From contig CANNBH010000001.1 of assembly GCA_947502815.1 (NCBI GenBank), positions 1,582,818-1,646,817 of the forward strand: a stretch of 64,000 nucleotides of DNA, given 5' to 3'. The position numbers and the translations under genes are program-made. Positions 31,847-41,285 of this stretch are shown here, piece by piece. The DNA is from an uncultured Erythrobacter sp. Its GTDB lineage: Bacteria; Pseudomonadota; Alphaproteobacteria; Sphingomonadales; Sphingomonadaceae. Position 1 is the first letter of the stretch, and each line of letters opens with the position of its first letter. The notes beneath the pieces were generated by a model that was not told the DNA's origin, ran no database searches, and worked only from the letters and a program-made list of their open reading frames with translations.

Positions 31847-31940
31847 TGCCTTTTGTGCAACCGATTGATCGGTTCCCTTGCCTCTAAGCCCTTCGATGCC
31901 TAAGTGCGCCTCTCCCAATATGTTCGATTAGAAGAAGTCC

Positions 31941-32339
31941 ATGTCGCTGTTCATTATCCTTACCGTGATCCAGGCCATTGTGGCTGCGGCGCTTGTCGGC
32001 GTTGTTTTGATGCAACGTTCAGAGGGCGGCGGCCTTGGTATTGGCGGCAATCCGTCGGGCGCTTTGGGCGCGCGCGGAGCGGCAGATTTTCTAACGAGGG
32101 CGACAAAATGGCTGGCTGTGGCGTTTGTAGCGCTGTCGATCACCCTTGCGGCGGTCGCGGTGAGCCAATCGAGCGTATCGGAAGTGACGACGGATCTGAA
32201 CCGTGATGTCGAAGCCCCTGTGCCCGGCGATTTACTCAACGCACCAATCAGCGGCGATCTGCTCGACACACCTTCAGATGGCGAGGCGGCACCCGCAACG
32301 GACGCGGCGCCTGCTTCTGACGACGCTCCAAGCGAGTAA
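31941..32339 (+). CDS. secG: Preprotein translocase subunit SecG
   Basis: Two TM helices with VLMQRSEGGGLG and FLTRATK; located between tpiA and pyrG. Confidence 0.93.
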   Translation: MSLFIILTVIQAIVAAALVGVVLMQRSEGGGLGIGGNPSGALGARGAADFLTRATKWLAVAFVALSITLAAVAVSQSSVSEVTTDLNRDVEAPVPGDLLNAPISGDLLDTPSDGEAAPATDAAPASDDAPSE

Positions 32340-32490
32340 TATCCCGCATTTCCATCCACTTGGGTGGCGCATTTGCCGCTCATCTGGGTGATGCGAATTT
32401 TCGAATTTTAAACATGCTTGTGGATTGCGGGTGTTTGCCCGCGCAATTTGCTTGCTCCGAATCCACTCACACCCTTAAGGCTTGGCTCCC

Positions 32491-34125
32491 ATGGCGCGGT
32501 ACATATTTATAACCGGCGGCGTGGTCTCCTCGCTCGGCAAAGGTCTCATGGCAGCAAGTCTCGCTGCGCTCCTACAGGCGCGCGGGTACAAGGTGCGTAT
32601 TCGCAAGTTTGACCCCTACTTGAATGTCGATCCGGGCACGATGAGCCCGTATCAGCATGGTGAGGTCTATGTGACGGATGATGGGGCGGAAACCGACCTC
32701 GATCTGGGCCATTACGAACGTTTCACGGGCGTTTCTGCTCGCCAAAGCGACAACATCACCTCTGGCCGCGTCTATCGCGATATTATCGCGAAAGAACGCC
32801 GGGGCGATTATCTGGGCGCGACCGTTCAGGTAATTCCGCATGTAACCGACGCAATCAAACAGTTTGCGCTGGACGATCAAGAGGACCTCGATTTCATCCT
32901 GTGCGAAATTGGCGGGACTGTGGGCGATATCGAATCGCTGCCGTTTATGGAGGCGATCCGACAGCTTCGGAACGATCTGGAGCCGATGCAAACTCTCAGC
33001 GTGCATGTCACGCTGGTCCCCTACATCGCCGCAGCCGGTGAGCTTAAGACCAAGCCAACGCAGCATTCTGTGCGGGAACTCGCCAGCCTAGGGATCAAGC
33101 CCGATGTGCTGCTGTGCCGCGCAGAGCACCCCATTCCCGATGGCGAACGCCAAAAGATCGCCAATTTCTGCAATGTTCGCAAGGAATCGGTGATCCCCGC
33201 TCTGGATGCGCCATCGATTTATTCTGTGCCGCTGCAATATCACCAAGAGGGCCTCGACGCTGAGGTTTTGCGCGGTTTTGGTATCACCGATGCGCCCGAA
33301 CCTGATTTGAGCGGTTGGGCCGATGTCACCGACCGATACTTTAACCCCGAGGGCGAAGTGACAATCGGTGTTGTCGGCAAATATGTCGGCCTGCCCGATG
33401 CCTATAAGAGCCTGAATGAGGCGTTGGTCCATGGCGGCATGGCCAACCGGGTGAAGGTCAACATCAAATGGATCGACGCCGAAGTCTTTGAAGGCAGCGA
33501 CAGCGACATCGCATCAGCGTTGGAGCCTATGCACGGCATCCTTGTGCCCGGCGGCTTTGGTGAGCGCGGCAGCGAAGGCAAAATTGCCAGTGTTCGTTTC
33601 GCCAGAACGCGCAATGTGCCGTTCTTTGGCATCTGCCTTGGTATGCAAATGGCCTGTGTCGAAAGCGCGCGAGAGGCCGGTTTTGACAAGGCATCGTCCA
33701 CTGAATTTGGCGAAACCGGCGAACCGGTGGTTGGCATTATCAGCGAATGGATGAGCGAAGAGGGCATTCAACAACGCGAAGAGGGCGGTGATCTTGGCGG
33801 GACCATGCGTCTGGGCGCCTATGAAGCGAAACTGTCTGCCAACAGCCACACATCGCGCATCTACGACGGCGCGACCACCATCTCTGAACGCCATCGCCAC
33901 CGCTATGAAGTGAACGCGGCCTATATTGAACCGTTGGAGCGTCAGGGCTTGGTCTTTTCGGGTATGTCACCCGATGGCCTGTTGCCGGAGATTGTGGAGC
34001 GGCCCGATCACCCGTGGTTTGTGGGTGTGCAATTCCATCCAGAATTGAAATCACGGCCCTTTGATCCGCACCCGTTGTTTGCCGGGTTTATATCGGCCGC
34101 GCTCGAACAATCGCGACTGGTTTAA
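32491..34125 (+). CDS. pyrG: CTP synthase
   Basis: [43 protein letters not shown] motifs. Confidence 0.98.
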   Translation: MARYIFITGGVVSSLGKGLMAASLAALLQARGYKVRIRKFDPYLNVDPGTMSPYQHGEVYVTDDGAETDLDLGHYERFTGVSARQSDNITSGRVYRDIIAKERRGDYLGATVQVIPHVTDAIKQFALDDQEDLDFILCEIGGTVGDIESLPFMEAIRQLRNDLEPMQTLSVHVTLVPYIAAAGELKTKPTQHSVRELASLGIKPDVLLCRAEHPIPDGERQKIANFCNVRKESVIPALDAPSIYSVPLQYHQEGLDAEVLRGFGITDAPEPDLSGWADVTDRYFNPEGEVTIGVVGKYVGLPDAYKSLNEALVHGGMANRVKVNIKWIDAEVFEGSDSDIASALEPMHGILVPGGFGERGSEGKIASVRFARTRNVPFFGICLGMQMACVESAREAGFDKASSTEFGETGEPVVGIISEWMSEEGIQQREEGGDLGGTMRLGAYEAKLSANSHTSRIYDGATTISERHRHRYEVNAAYIEPLERQGLVFSGMSPDGLLPEIVERPDHPWFVGVQFHPELKSRPFDPHPLFAGFISAALEQSRLV

Positions 34126-34271
34126 CCAATCTGAAAATCGGTGCTTTTTGCGTGATGGCCGGTTGGGCGATCGCGCTGCGCTTGCGTATTCTATCGGATG
34201 CGTGGCTTTATCAAACCGTATATGTCGTATTCCTACAACTGCGCCAGATACCTCTTGCGTAGATTGGCAAA

Positions 34272-34300
34272 TTGCGGCTTACGAAGGACTGGCCTATAGG
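34272..34300 (+). promoter_or_regulatory. Sigma70-like promoter TTGCGG-N17-TATAGG
   Basis: ttgcgg cttacgaaggactggcc tatagg; it points into a region with no credible ORF that ends in a terminator. Confidence 0.5.
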
Positions 34301-34306
34301 GTTAGG

Positions 34307-34544
34307 TAAGGGTGCCTCTCGCACGACGCGGAGGGACACGGATCGGGGGATCCGCTCTTATGCTGGCCAATGGTGGGGGTGAGAGAGTTCCAAAGTTTCG
34401 CAGCACGTCCCCGTTTTACCGACGGACGATGATCTGCATATGAGCTCGCGCTGGAATTGACCGTCTTCTGCGACCCGGACGGTCAGAACCAGACGAGGCG
34501 GCGAAAGTCGCGGGGGCAGGTCCGCAAGGACCGCCCCCACTTTT
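34307..34544 (+). ncRNA. Candidate structured non-coding RNA (about 240 nt), family unassigned
   Basis: Upstream promoter, at least five hairpins including two GNRA tetraloops (gcggc-GAAA-gtcgc, ggtcc-GCAA-ggacc), and a 3' terminator. No credible CDS. Confidence 0.55.
34512..34544 (+). terminator. Intrinsic terminator
   Basis: gggggc-a-ggtcc-gcaa-ggacc-gccccc followed by actttt. Confidence 0.75.
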
Positions 34545-34567
34545 AATCGATCAATTGTTTTGAATGG

Positions 34568-35083
34568 TTACGCAGCGTTTGCGGATGGATCATCCGATGC
34601 AGCGCCTTCATCGCCAGCGCCGCTATCCGGAACGGCCGTCAAAGTGGCTGATCCTGCAGAACCTGCGTTGACCGCGATCTTTTTGGGCTTCATCGCATCG
34701 GGCACTTCGCGCACCAGATCGACGACCAACAAGCCATCGGCCAAATCGGCATTTGCAACACGGACATAATCCGCCAGTTCAAAGCGGCGCTCAAAGCCGC
34801 GATTGGCGATGCCGACATGCAGCAATTCTGAACCATCATCGATATCTTCGCGCTTTTTGCCTTGCACAGTCAGCAGGTTCGCTTGCGCCGTGATATCAAT
34901 ATCCTGCGGGCGAAAACCAGCAACGGCCAGCACGATACGGTAATTGTCTTCACCGCTTTTGGAAATGTTGAAAGGGGGGTAATTGTCACCCGAATTCGCG
35001 CGCGCCTGACTTTCGAGCATGTCGAAAAGACGGTCAAAACCAACGGTGCTGCGGCGATAGGGTGTAAAATCAAGACGTGACAT
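34568..35083 (-). CDS. ibpA: Small heat-shock protein (Hsp20, IbpA class)
   Basis: VGFDRLFD, NYPPFNI, LAVAGF, GIANRGFERRFELAD, GLL motifs. Confidence 0.94.
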   Translation of the reverse strand: MSRLDFTPYRRSTVGFDRLFDMLESQARANSGDNYPPFNISKSGEDNYRIVLAVAGFRPQDIDITAQANLLTVQGKKREDIDDGSELLHVGIANRGFERRFELADYVRVANADLADGLLVVDLVREVPDAMKPKKIAVNAGSAGSATLTAVPDSGAGDEGAASDDPSANAA

Positions 35084-35198
35084 AGTTTCAAATCCTCTTG
35101 TGTGAGCAATCTGTGTTCATTTGCCGGACCTGCCTCATGCAGCGTCCAGCGGTGTTGCCGAGTATGTGTTCCCCAAGACTGGCGGAACGGGCCGGCAC
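35084..35198 (-). promoter_or_regulatory. ROSE-like RNA thermometer in the ibpA 5' UTR
   Basis: Three-hairpin UTR. The last hairpin AUU[G]CUC-acacaa-GAGGAU pairs the U(U/C)GCU motif, with its bulged G, against the Shine-Dalgarno sequence. Confidence 0.8.
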
Positions 35199-35203
35199 AC
35201 ATT

Positions 35204-35231
35204 AGTTAGGGTTGGCAATTTGGCTTTCAAG
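35204..35231 (-). promoter_or_regulatory. RpoH (sigma32)-type promoter
   Basis: Minus strand CTTGAA-N14-CCCTAACT, matching the CTTGAA-N13/14-CCCCATNT consensus, upstream of an sHSP gene. Confidence 0.75.
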
Positions 35232-35291
35232 AGGTTCGGTCGTGCAGAATGCGTGCTGTGACAGGGCCAAGATGAGGAATAAGGGACAACC

Positions 35292-35549
35292 ATGCCTACG
35301 ATCGATATCTACACCAAATTCACCTGCCCGTTTTGTGTTCGGGCAAAGCGGCTTTTGTCCGCAAAGGGCGCGGAATTTAACGAGTTCGACATCTCGATGG
35401 GCGGACCAAAGCGAGATGAAATGGTCGCCCGTGCACCGCAGGCGCGCACCGTGCCGCAGATATTCATTGGTGATATCCATGTGGGCGGTTCGGATGAATT
35501 GGCCGCGCTAGACGCTTCGGGCCAGCTTGACGCACTGCTGGCAGGTTAA
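35292..35549 (+). CDS. grxC: Glutaredoxin 3
   Basis: CPFC active site, TVPQIF and GGSD motifs. Confidence 0.95.
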   Translation: MPTIDIYTKFTCPFCVRAKRLLSAKGAEFNEFDISMGGPKRDEMVARAPQARTVPQIFIGDIHVGGSDELAALDASGQLDALLAG

Positions 35550-35558
35550 GGCTTTCTG

Positions 35559-36386
35559 ATGCCCAAGATCGCTGTTCTTCAGATGAATTCGGGCATCGAT
35601 CCTGAGGAAAACCTCGCTGCGATCCAATCCGCGGTCAAGGATGCGGCCGAGGCTGGCGCAAAGATCCTGTTCACTCCTGAGATGGCTGCCTTGCTCGACC
35701 GCGACCGGAAACGCGCGAACGCGCATCTGAGTGCCGGATATTACGGCGGGGTGCTCAGGTCGCTCGCTTTGCTAGCAGAGAGCTACAAGATCGATATCGC
35801 GCTTGGCTCCTTGCCCATGCCCGTAACAGATACGCTGAATGCCAATCGAGCCTACTATTTCTCGCGTGCGAATTTAGGGCAAGTGCCCCCTGTCACCTAC
35901 GACAAGATGCATATGTTCGACGTCGAGCTTTCATCCGGTGAGAAATGGCGTGAGAGCAGCGCCTATCAAGCGGGCGAGGACGTCGTCACCGTCGACGACA
36001 CGCCACTCGGCCGCCTTGGTCTGGCGATTTGTTACGATATGCGCTTCCCCGCTTTGTTTGAGGAATTGGGCAGGCGGAAATGCGATGCGATTTCCATTCC
36101 CGCCGCATTCACCGTTCCCACCGGCAAAGCGCATTGGCATGTCTTGCTTCGCGCCCGCGCAATCGAAGCGAGCGCGTTTGTGATCGCGGCGGCGCAAGTC
36201 GGCAAACACGCAGATGGCCGCACCACATACGGCCATTCACTGGTGGTGGACCCATGGGGTGACGTGCTGCTGGACATGGGCGGCGAATCGCCGGGCATCG
36301 GATATTGCGACATTGACCTGGCACGCATCGCCGAGGTGCGATCTCAGGTGCCCAGCCTTGCCAACCGGCGCGAAATCGCCAATTAG
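35559..36386 (+). CDS. Carbon-nitrogen hydrolase (Nit1/deaminated glutathione amidase-like)
   Basis: Catalytic triad motifs FTPE, YDKMHMFDV, ICYDMRFP; HWHVLLRARAIE; TYGHS. Confidence 0.9.
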   Translation: MPKIAVLQMNSGIDPEENLAAIQSAVKDAAEAGAKILFTPEMAALLDRDRKRANAHLSAGYYGGVLRSLALLAESYKIDIALGSLPMPVTDTLNANRAYYFSRANLGQVPPVTYDKMHMFDVELSSGEKWRESSAYQAGEDVVTVDDTPLGRLGLAICYDMRFPALFEELGRRKCDAISIPAAFTVPTGKAHWHVLLRARAIEASAFVIAAAQVGKHADGRTTYGHSLVVDPWGDVLLDMGGESPGIGYCDIDLARIAEVRSQVPSLANRREIAN

Positions 36387-36392
36387 CGCAGC

Positions 36393-36926
36393 ATGATAGT
36401 TTTTGACCTCCAATGTGATGTTGGCCACCGCTTTGAAGGGTGGTTTGGTTCCTCGTCCGATTACGAAGGCCAATCAGCGCGCGGCCTTGTGACGTGCCCT
36501 GAATGCGGTTCGGAAAAGGTGAGCAAAGCGGTGATGGCTCCTGCGGTAGGCGCAAAGGGGAACACGCGGTCCGAAACCGCGCCCGTTGCCCAACAGGCCA
36601 ATGATCCGGCGTCGGGTAGCGCGGTCGCCGCGCAGGAACCCTTTACACCGCCCGCCGATGCAAAGCCGGTTTCCAACACGCCTATGCCAGCAGAGGTGCA
36701 AAAGGCTCTAAAGGCGCTGGCCACGGCTCAACAAAAAGCTTTGGAAAAAAGCACATGGGTGGGCAAAGATTTCGCCGCCCAATCGCGCGCCATGCATTAC
36801 GGCGAAAGCGACGAAAAACCGATCCACGGTCAAGCAAGTTTGGAAGAGGCGCAATCGCTGGCCGAAGAAGGCGTGCAAGTGGCCGCTTTGCCATTTCCCG
36901 TTGCGCCGCCTGACAAACTGAATTGA
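36393..36926 (+). CDS. DUF1178 family protein (N-terminal zinc-ribbon-like)
   Basis: MIVFDLQCDVGHRFEGWFGSS...CPECGS...KAVMAP and VGKDFA...MHYGE pattern. Confidence 0.85.
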   Translation: MIVFDLQCDVGHRFEGWFGSSSDYEGQSARGLVTCPECGSEKVSKAVMAPAVGAKGNTRSETAPVAQQANDPASGSAVAAQEPFTPPADAKPVSNTPMPAEVQKALKALATAQQKALEKSTWVGKDFAAQSRAMHYGESDEKPIHGQASLEEAQSLAEEGVQVAALPFPVAPPDKLN

Positions 36927-36959
36927 TTGGTTCGCCTGCGGTGCTATTGGGACTGTGTC

Positions 36960-37033
36960 GTCCTCGTAGCTCAGGTGGATAGAGCATCGGATTCCTAATC
37001 CGGAGGCCACAGGTTCGAATCCTGTCGAGGACA
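36960..37033 (+). tRNA. tRNA-Arg (anticodon CCT); CCA end not encoded
   Basis: Cloverleaf: acceptor gtcctcg/cgaggac, D-arm gctc/gagc, anticodon stem tcgga/tccgg with loop ttCCTaa, T-arm acagg-ttcgaat-cctgt. Confidence 0.97.
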
Positions 37034-37095
37034 CGTTTTGCGCCTATCTAGTGCAGAGCGTTGAGGCCGCTAAGCGAGCGCAATCACACAAACAC

Positions 37096-37163
37096 AAAAA
37101 AGACGCTCGGCAAATCCGTAGCGGGGAAGGGTGCCCGTTCGGAAGAAGCCGCAGCGTCTTTTT
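37096..37163. terminator. Long bidirectional terminator-like hairpin
   Basis: aaaaaagacgct...agcgtcttttt closing stem with nested cggc/gccg, tccg/cgga and gcggg/cccgt stems; U-tracts in both directions. Confidence 0.75.
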
Positions 37164-37281
37164 CAATCAGCCCCAAAGAGCCGGTGAACGATGAAGGCAT
37201 TCGGTCAAACCGGAGTGACCAAGGTCTTAGCCCGGTCATTCGGTAAAGTTCGTAGCGCCTTCGAAACCTGTCTAGGTCGGT

Positions 37282-37300
37282 ATGGTTAACAAGATGCTAA
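37282..37300. promoter_or_regulatory. CtrA-like box (minus strand TTAG-N7-TTAACCAT)
   Basis: Plus strand atggttaa caagatg ctaa. Confidence 0.5.
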
Positions 37301-37324
37301 GAACCTGTGATTATTCCTTAAGGC

Positions 37325-38554
37325 TTACAACGGGGCAGCATCGACGCGAGCATCCCATTTGCGCTGTGCCCAAAGGGACAAGGACAGCACACTGAGCGAA
37401 ATCGCCATCAGCATTGCGCAGGTCGCTGCCCATCCGCCCAGATCATAGATTGCCGTGCCCAAAATGCTCCCCAAAGCGCCGCCTAGGAACATGATTACGA
37501 TATAGCTTGTGGTAAGCCTTGTGCGGATTGCTGGCTCCAGCGAGAGGAACGTCATCCGGCCAGCCACGTCAATCGACGGCCCAACGATATTGACCAGCAC
37601 CATCGGCACGCACACCGCCCAGATGTTCCAGCCCAGCGGATACATGAGTGCAATGCCGAATGTCTGAACAATCGCAGCGATAACGCGCGCGCGGCGAGGC
37701 CCCACTTTATCGGCCCAGCGGCCTAGGCGCGGGGTGGAAAAAATGCTGATCGCTGCAATCCCAGCAAGATACCCGACGCTGTCCACTCCGTATCCCATGG
37801 GTTCACTGGTCAAATGGAGCGCCAAGGCCAGCCATGTGGCGGTGAATGATGCGAAGTTGAATGCCTGAATAATGGCAGAAACCATCATATCGCGGTGTGA
37901 TCGGGCAAGTGTAAACACTGACACAATGAGTTCGAAATACGGAACTTGCAGGGTTTTGCGGGCCGGTGCGTCCCCACCCGTTCGCAGCGTGATCGGCAAT
38001 AGAGCAGTGACAGCCACCATCAAAGCGGAAGCGCTCCAATACACCGCGCGCCAGCCAAAATGCTCCGCCACAATCCCCGCACCAACCCGTGCGACCAATA
38101 TCCCGAATATTACGCCTGCCGTCAAAAGTGCGGTGACCTGACCCAGCCTTTGGGGATCGACCCGCTTTGATGCAAAGGCTGGGATCAAATAGGGCGCGAT
38201 GGTGACAAAGCCGAGCGCGGTCGATGCGAGTGTAAAACCGATAATGCCCGGCGCCAGCGCCATGGCGAACATGAACAGGCATTGCGCGGTGACAAAGGCG
38301 ATGCACATCGCCCGGTTTGAATAGCGATCACCCAGTGGCAGCAACAGCAAGATACCAATCGCCAGAGCCATCTGGTTAAGCGCCGGGACGATACCGATCT
38401 GTGCGTCGCTGACGCCAAAACTGCGCGCAACTTCGCCGATGATCGGGTGGATGTAATAGGCGTTGGCGGTGACAATCGCGACTGTCACCGCCAACGCGTA
38501 TTCTTGCCCCCTGCTGAGCAAGGCAGGGGCGGCAGCGGCGCTGGCGTTTGTCAG
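37325..38554 (-). CDS. Major facilitator superfamily transporter
   Basis: About 12 TM helices; LLPLGDRYS and GRWADKVGPRR MFS motif-A variants. Start is either TTG at 38521 or an in-frame CTG at 38554 overlapping the upstream stop. Confidence 0.88.
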   Translation of the reverse strand: MTNASAAAAPALLSRGQEYALAVTVAIVTANAYYIHPIIGEVARSFGVSDAQIGIVPALNQMALAIGILLLLPLGDRYSNRAMCIAFVTAQCLFMFAMALAPGIIGFTLASTALGFVTIAPYLIPAFASKRVDPQRLGQVTALLTAGVIFGILVARVGAGIVAEHFGWRAVYWSASALMVAVTALLPITLRTGGDAPARKTLQVPYFELIVSVFTLARSHRDMMVSAIIQAFNFASFTATWLALALHLTSEPMGYGVDSVGYLAGIAAISIFSTPRLGRWADKVGPRRARVIAAIVQTFGIALMYPLGWNIWAVCVPMVLVNIVGPSIDVAGRMTFLSLEPAIRTRLTTSYIVIMFLGGALGSILGTAIYDLGGWAATCAMLMAISLSVLSLSLWAQRKWDARVDAAPL

Positions 38555-39477
38555 AGTATACCAGCCTTTTGGGCGGTGTCGATCACCCCTTGGGCAAGTT
38601 CGACCGGACGATCTTCCTGACAGAAATGACCGCAGGTTGAGAGAGAGAAATGCGGCAATCCCTTAGCGCCCGCGACCCGGTCTGCCATTACGGCGGTCGT
38701 CTTGCCCAGAACGGCATCGTCTTCGCCGACGATAGTCAGAAACGGTTTTTCAAACGCCGCCAATGCTTTCCACGCTGCCTTGTTTTCCGCCACGCCCGGC
38801 TTCTCGTCCTCGATTGGGACAAGTTGTGGGAATGCTCGGGCACCCGCTTTGCTGGGTTCATCGGGGAAGGGCGCATCGTAGGCTGCGACTTCTTCGGCGG
38901 AGAGTTCAGTTGCGGATGCTCCTTGCAAAATGCCGCCAATCTTGAAGTCAGGCGATGCCTTTGCAAATTCTCGCCATGCGAGGAACGCTGGCGATGCGGT
39001 TCCGCCGCCTTCGGGAAGGAACGTGTTGCTGGCGACGACAAAATTGAAAAGATCCGGATTTTCGCCAACCATTCTTAGGCCGAGCAATCCGCCCCAATCC
39101 TGACAGAAGAGACCGGCGGGCTGCGGCAAAACGGCAGTGCGCCATTGTGATAGCCAATCGATGTGACGGTTATAGGTGTAAAAGGCGATGTCGTCTGGCT
39201 TGTCGCTTTTGCCAAATCCAATCAAATCCGGTGCAAGGCAGCGAAACCCAGCATCCAGCAGCACAGGGATCATTTTGCGATAGAGAAAACTCCAGCTCGG
39301 CTCCCCATGAAACAACAGCACCGCTGGGGCATCTTTGGGGCCTTCATCAATATAGTGCATTCGGCCGGAATGGGATTTGCCCTCATAGGTTCCCAGATCA
39401 ATATCAGCCCAATTTTCCGAGAATGGATAATCCGGGATTGAGGCAAATCGCGATAGGTCTGTTTTCAGAATTTCCAT
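38551..39477 (-). CDS. Haloalkane dehalogenase (alpha/beta hydrolase, HLD-I-like)
   Basis: LLFHGEPSWSFLYRKMI, APDLIGFGKSDKP, QDWGG nucleophile, ARAFPQLVP, GHFCQED; ATG at 39477 with an AGGAGA SD. Confidence 0.88.
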   Translation of the reverse strand: MEILKTDLSRFASIPDYPFSENWADIDLGTYEGKSHSGRMHYIDEGPKDAPAVLLFHGEPSWSFLYRKMIPVLLDAGFRCLAPDLIGFGKSDKPDDIAFYTYNRHIDWLSQWRTAVLPQPAGLFCQDWGGLLGLRMVGENPDLFNFVVASNTFLPEGGGTASPAFLAWREFAKASPDFKIGGILQGASATELSAEEVAAYDAPFPDEPSKAGARAFPQLVPIEDEKPGVAENKAAWKALAAFEKPFLTIVGEDDAVLGKTTAVMADRVAGAKGLPHFSLSTCGHFCQEDRPVELAQGVIDTAQKAGIL

Positions 39478-39673
39478 GCGCTTATCTCCTTTGGCCAATA
39501 TCAGTAGCATGGAAAAACTGATTGGCCACACACACGCTTTCAAATTCAAATTGCGACGTCTGAGGGCCATTTTGCATCGATTGACCGCAAATAATCACCT
39601 AATTTGCCGCCCAGCGCGCATTTTCCTTGATGCGGCGGGTTAACTATGATTCTGTGGATAAAGGATCAGGACC

Positions 39674-39979
39674 GTGAATATGCACAAACCACCAAGAGAG
39701 CACACCAAGCAAGCGTTCGCGCTCGTGCTTTTGGTTGCGCTGACGGTCGCGGCTATTGCCGGGCCAACGGGTTTGTTGGAGTGGGCAGAGAACGGTGAGG
39801 CCTTGGAACAGCGTAAGGCTCGCATTGCTATCCTATCCGAAGAACGTGATGCGCTCCGCAACAGGGTGCAGCTGCTCGATCCTATGGGCGCCGATCCAGA
39901 TCTGGTGAGCGAATTGGTTCGTGAAGATCTTGGGGTGATTCATCCTGATGAGATTGTGATCACGTTGGACGGCGAATGA
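39674..39979 (+). CDS. ftsB: Septum formation initiator (FtsB/DivIC)
   Basis: TM helix, GPTGLLEW, coiled coil and DPDLVSELVREDLGVIHPDE; located upstream of pdhA. Confidence 0.85.
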   Translation: MNMHKPPREHTKQAFALVLLVALTVAAIAGPTGLLEWAENGEALEQRKARIAILSEERDALRNRVQLLDPMGADPDLVSELVREDLGVIHPDEIVITLDGE

Positions 39980-40157
39980 TCGCTTAAACCGGATTTCCGG
40001 TTCGACAAAACCTCTATTCTAACCCCATTGGTTATTACGAACGGATTGCGCGCCTTTCCGTTGCGTAACCCATAATATCGCGCTTATAGGGTCCCTAACA
40101 CGGCCTGCGCACTTCGTCCCCGGCTCGCGCAGACCCGCCTAGAGAAGGGATCACACA

Positions 40158-41285
40158 TTGGCGAAAAAACCCGCAGCCAGAAAGGCGCCTGCAAAGCGTG
40201 CCGTTTCTAAAACCGCAGCTACAAATACGGCGAGCGCGCAGCCAGCAGCGCCATCAGAAGATCCGGACTTCATTCTTCATTCCCTTCAAGAAGAATTCGA
40301 AGCCGCGAAAAGCTTCAATGCCTCCGATGAGCAGATGCTCGAATTTTATCGTCAGATGCTGCTCATCCGCCGATTCGAAGAGAAGGCAGGTCAATTGTAC
40401 GGGCTCGGCCTGATCGGTGGTTTTTGCCACCTCTATATCGGGCAAGAAGCCGTCGCCATTGGTCTGCAATCGGCCTTGGACAATGACAAAGACAGCGTGA
40501 TCACCGGTTACCGCGATCACGGCCACATGCTTGCTTATGGCATTGATCCCAAGGTGATCATGGCCGAATTGACCGGCCGCGAAGCCGGCATTTCAAAGGG
40601 CAAGGGCGGCTCGATGCATATGTTCAGCACAGAGCATAAGTTTTACGGCGGCCACGGCATTGTCGGCGCGCAGGTTGCACTGGGCGGGGGCCTCGCGCTC
40701 GCCCACCAATACAATGAAGACGGCGGGTTGTGCCTTGCCTATTTCGGTGATGGCGCGGCCAACCAGGGCCAGGTCTACGAAACCTTCAACATGGCGGCGC
40801 TTTGGAACCTGCCGATCGTGTTTGTCGTCGAAGACAACCAATATGCGATGGGCACATCAAGCACGCGGTCATCGGCGGAAACCCGTTTCCACCGCCGCGG
40901 TACGGCATTCCGCATCCCCGGCATTGATGTGGACGGCATGAATGTGCTGGAAGTGCGCGCCGCCGCAGAAGTGGCGTTTAAACACGTGCGCGAAGGTAAG
41001 GGCCCCGTTTTGATGGAGCTCAACACCTACCGTTATCGCGGCCACTCCATGTCTGATCCTGCGAAATACCGCACACGCGACGAGGTGCAGGAACAGCGCG
41101 AGAATTTTGACCCGATTGAACGGCTCAAAAAGACATTGGTCGAAGCCGGCCATGATGAGGCAGACTTGAAAGTTATCGATAAAGACATCCGAAAGGTCGT
41201 CACAGAAGCTGCAGACTTTGCTGAAAGTTCGCCGGAACCGGAGCCATCTGAGCTCTACACCGAAGTTCTGGTGGAGAAATACTGA
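40158..41285 (+). CDS. pdhA: Pyruvate dehydrogenase E1 alpha subunit
   Basis: [21 protein letters not shown] motif GDGAANQG...[11 protein letters not shown]; TTG start. Confidence 0.97.
   Translation: MAKKPAARKAPAKRAVSKTAATNTASAQPAAPSEDPDFILHSLQEEFEAAKSFNASDEQMLEFYRQMLLIRRFEEKAGQLYGLGLIGGFCHLYIGQEAVAIGLQSALDNDKDSVITGYRDHGHMLAYGIDPKVIMAELTGREAGISKGKGGSMHMFSTEHKFYGGHGIVGAQVALGGGLALAHQYNEDGGLCLAYFGDGAANQGQVYETFNMAALWNLPIVFVVEDNQYAMGTSSTRSSAETRFHRRGTAFRIPGIDVDGMNVLEVRAAAEVAFKHVREGKGPVLMELNTYRYRGHSMSDPAKYRTRDEVQEQRENFDPIERLKKTLVEAGHDEADLKVIDKDIRKVVTEAADFAESSPEPEPSELYTEVLVEKY

Noticed and set aside
34307-34544. tmRNA, RNase P or SRP RNA identity, or a small ORF (34358-34540 minus; 34361 plus)
   Set aside because: Signature motifs are absent. 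The small ORFs lack SD sequences and run through the hairpins. 6S RNA cannot be excluded without cmscan.
36960-39673. Integrative element or prophage inserted at tRNA-Arg
   Set aside because: No integrase, and I saw no duplicated tRNA 3' end (att site) near 39480-39670.
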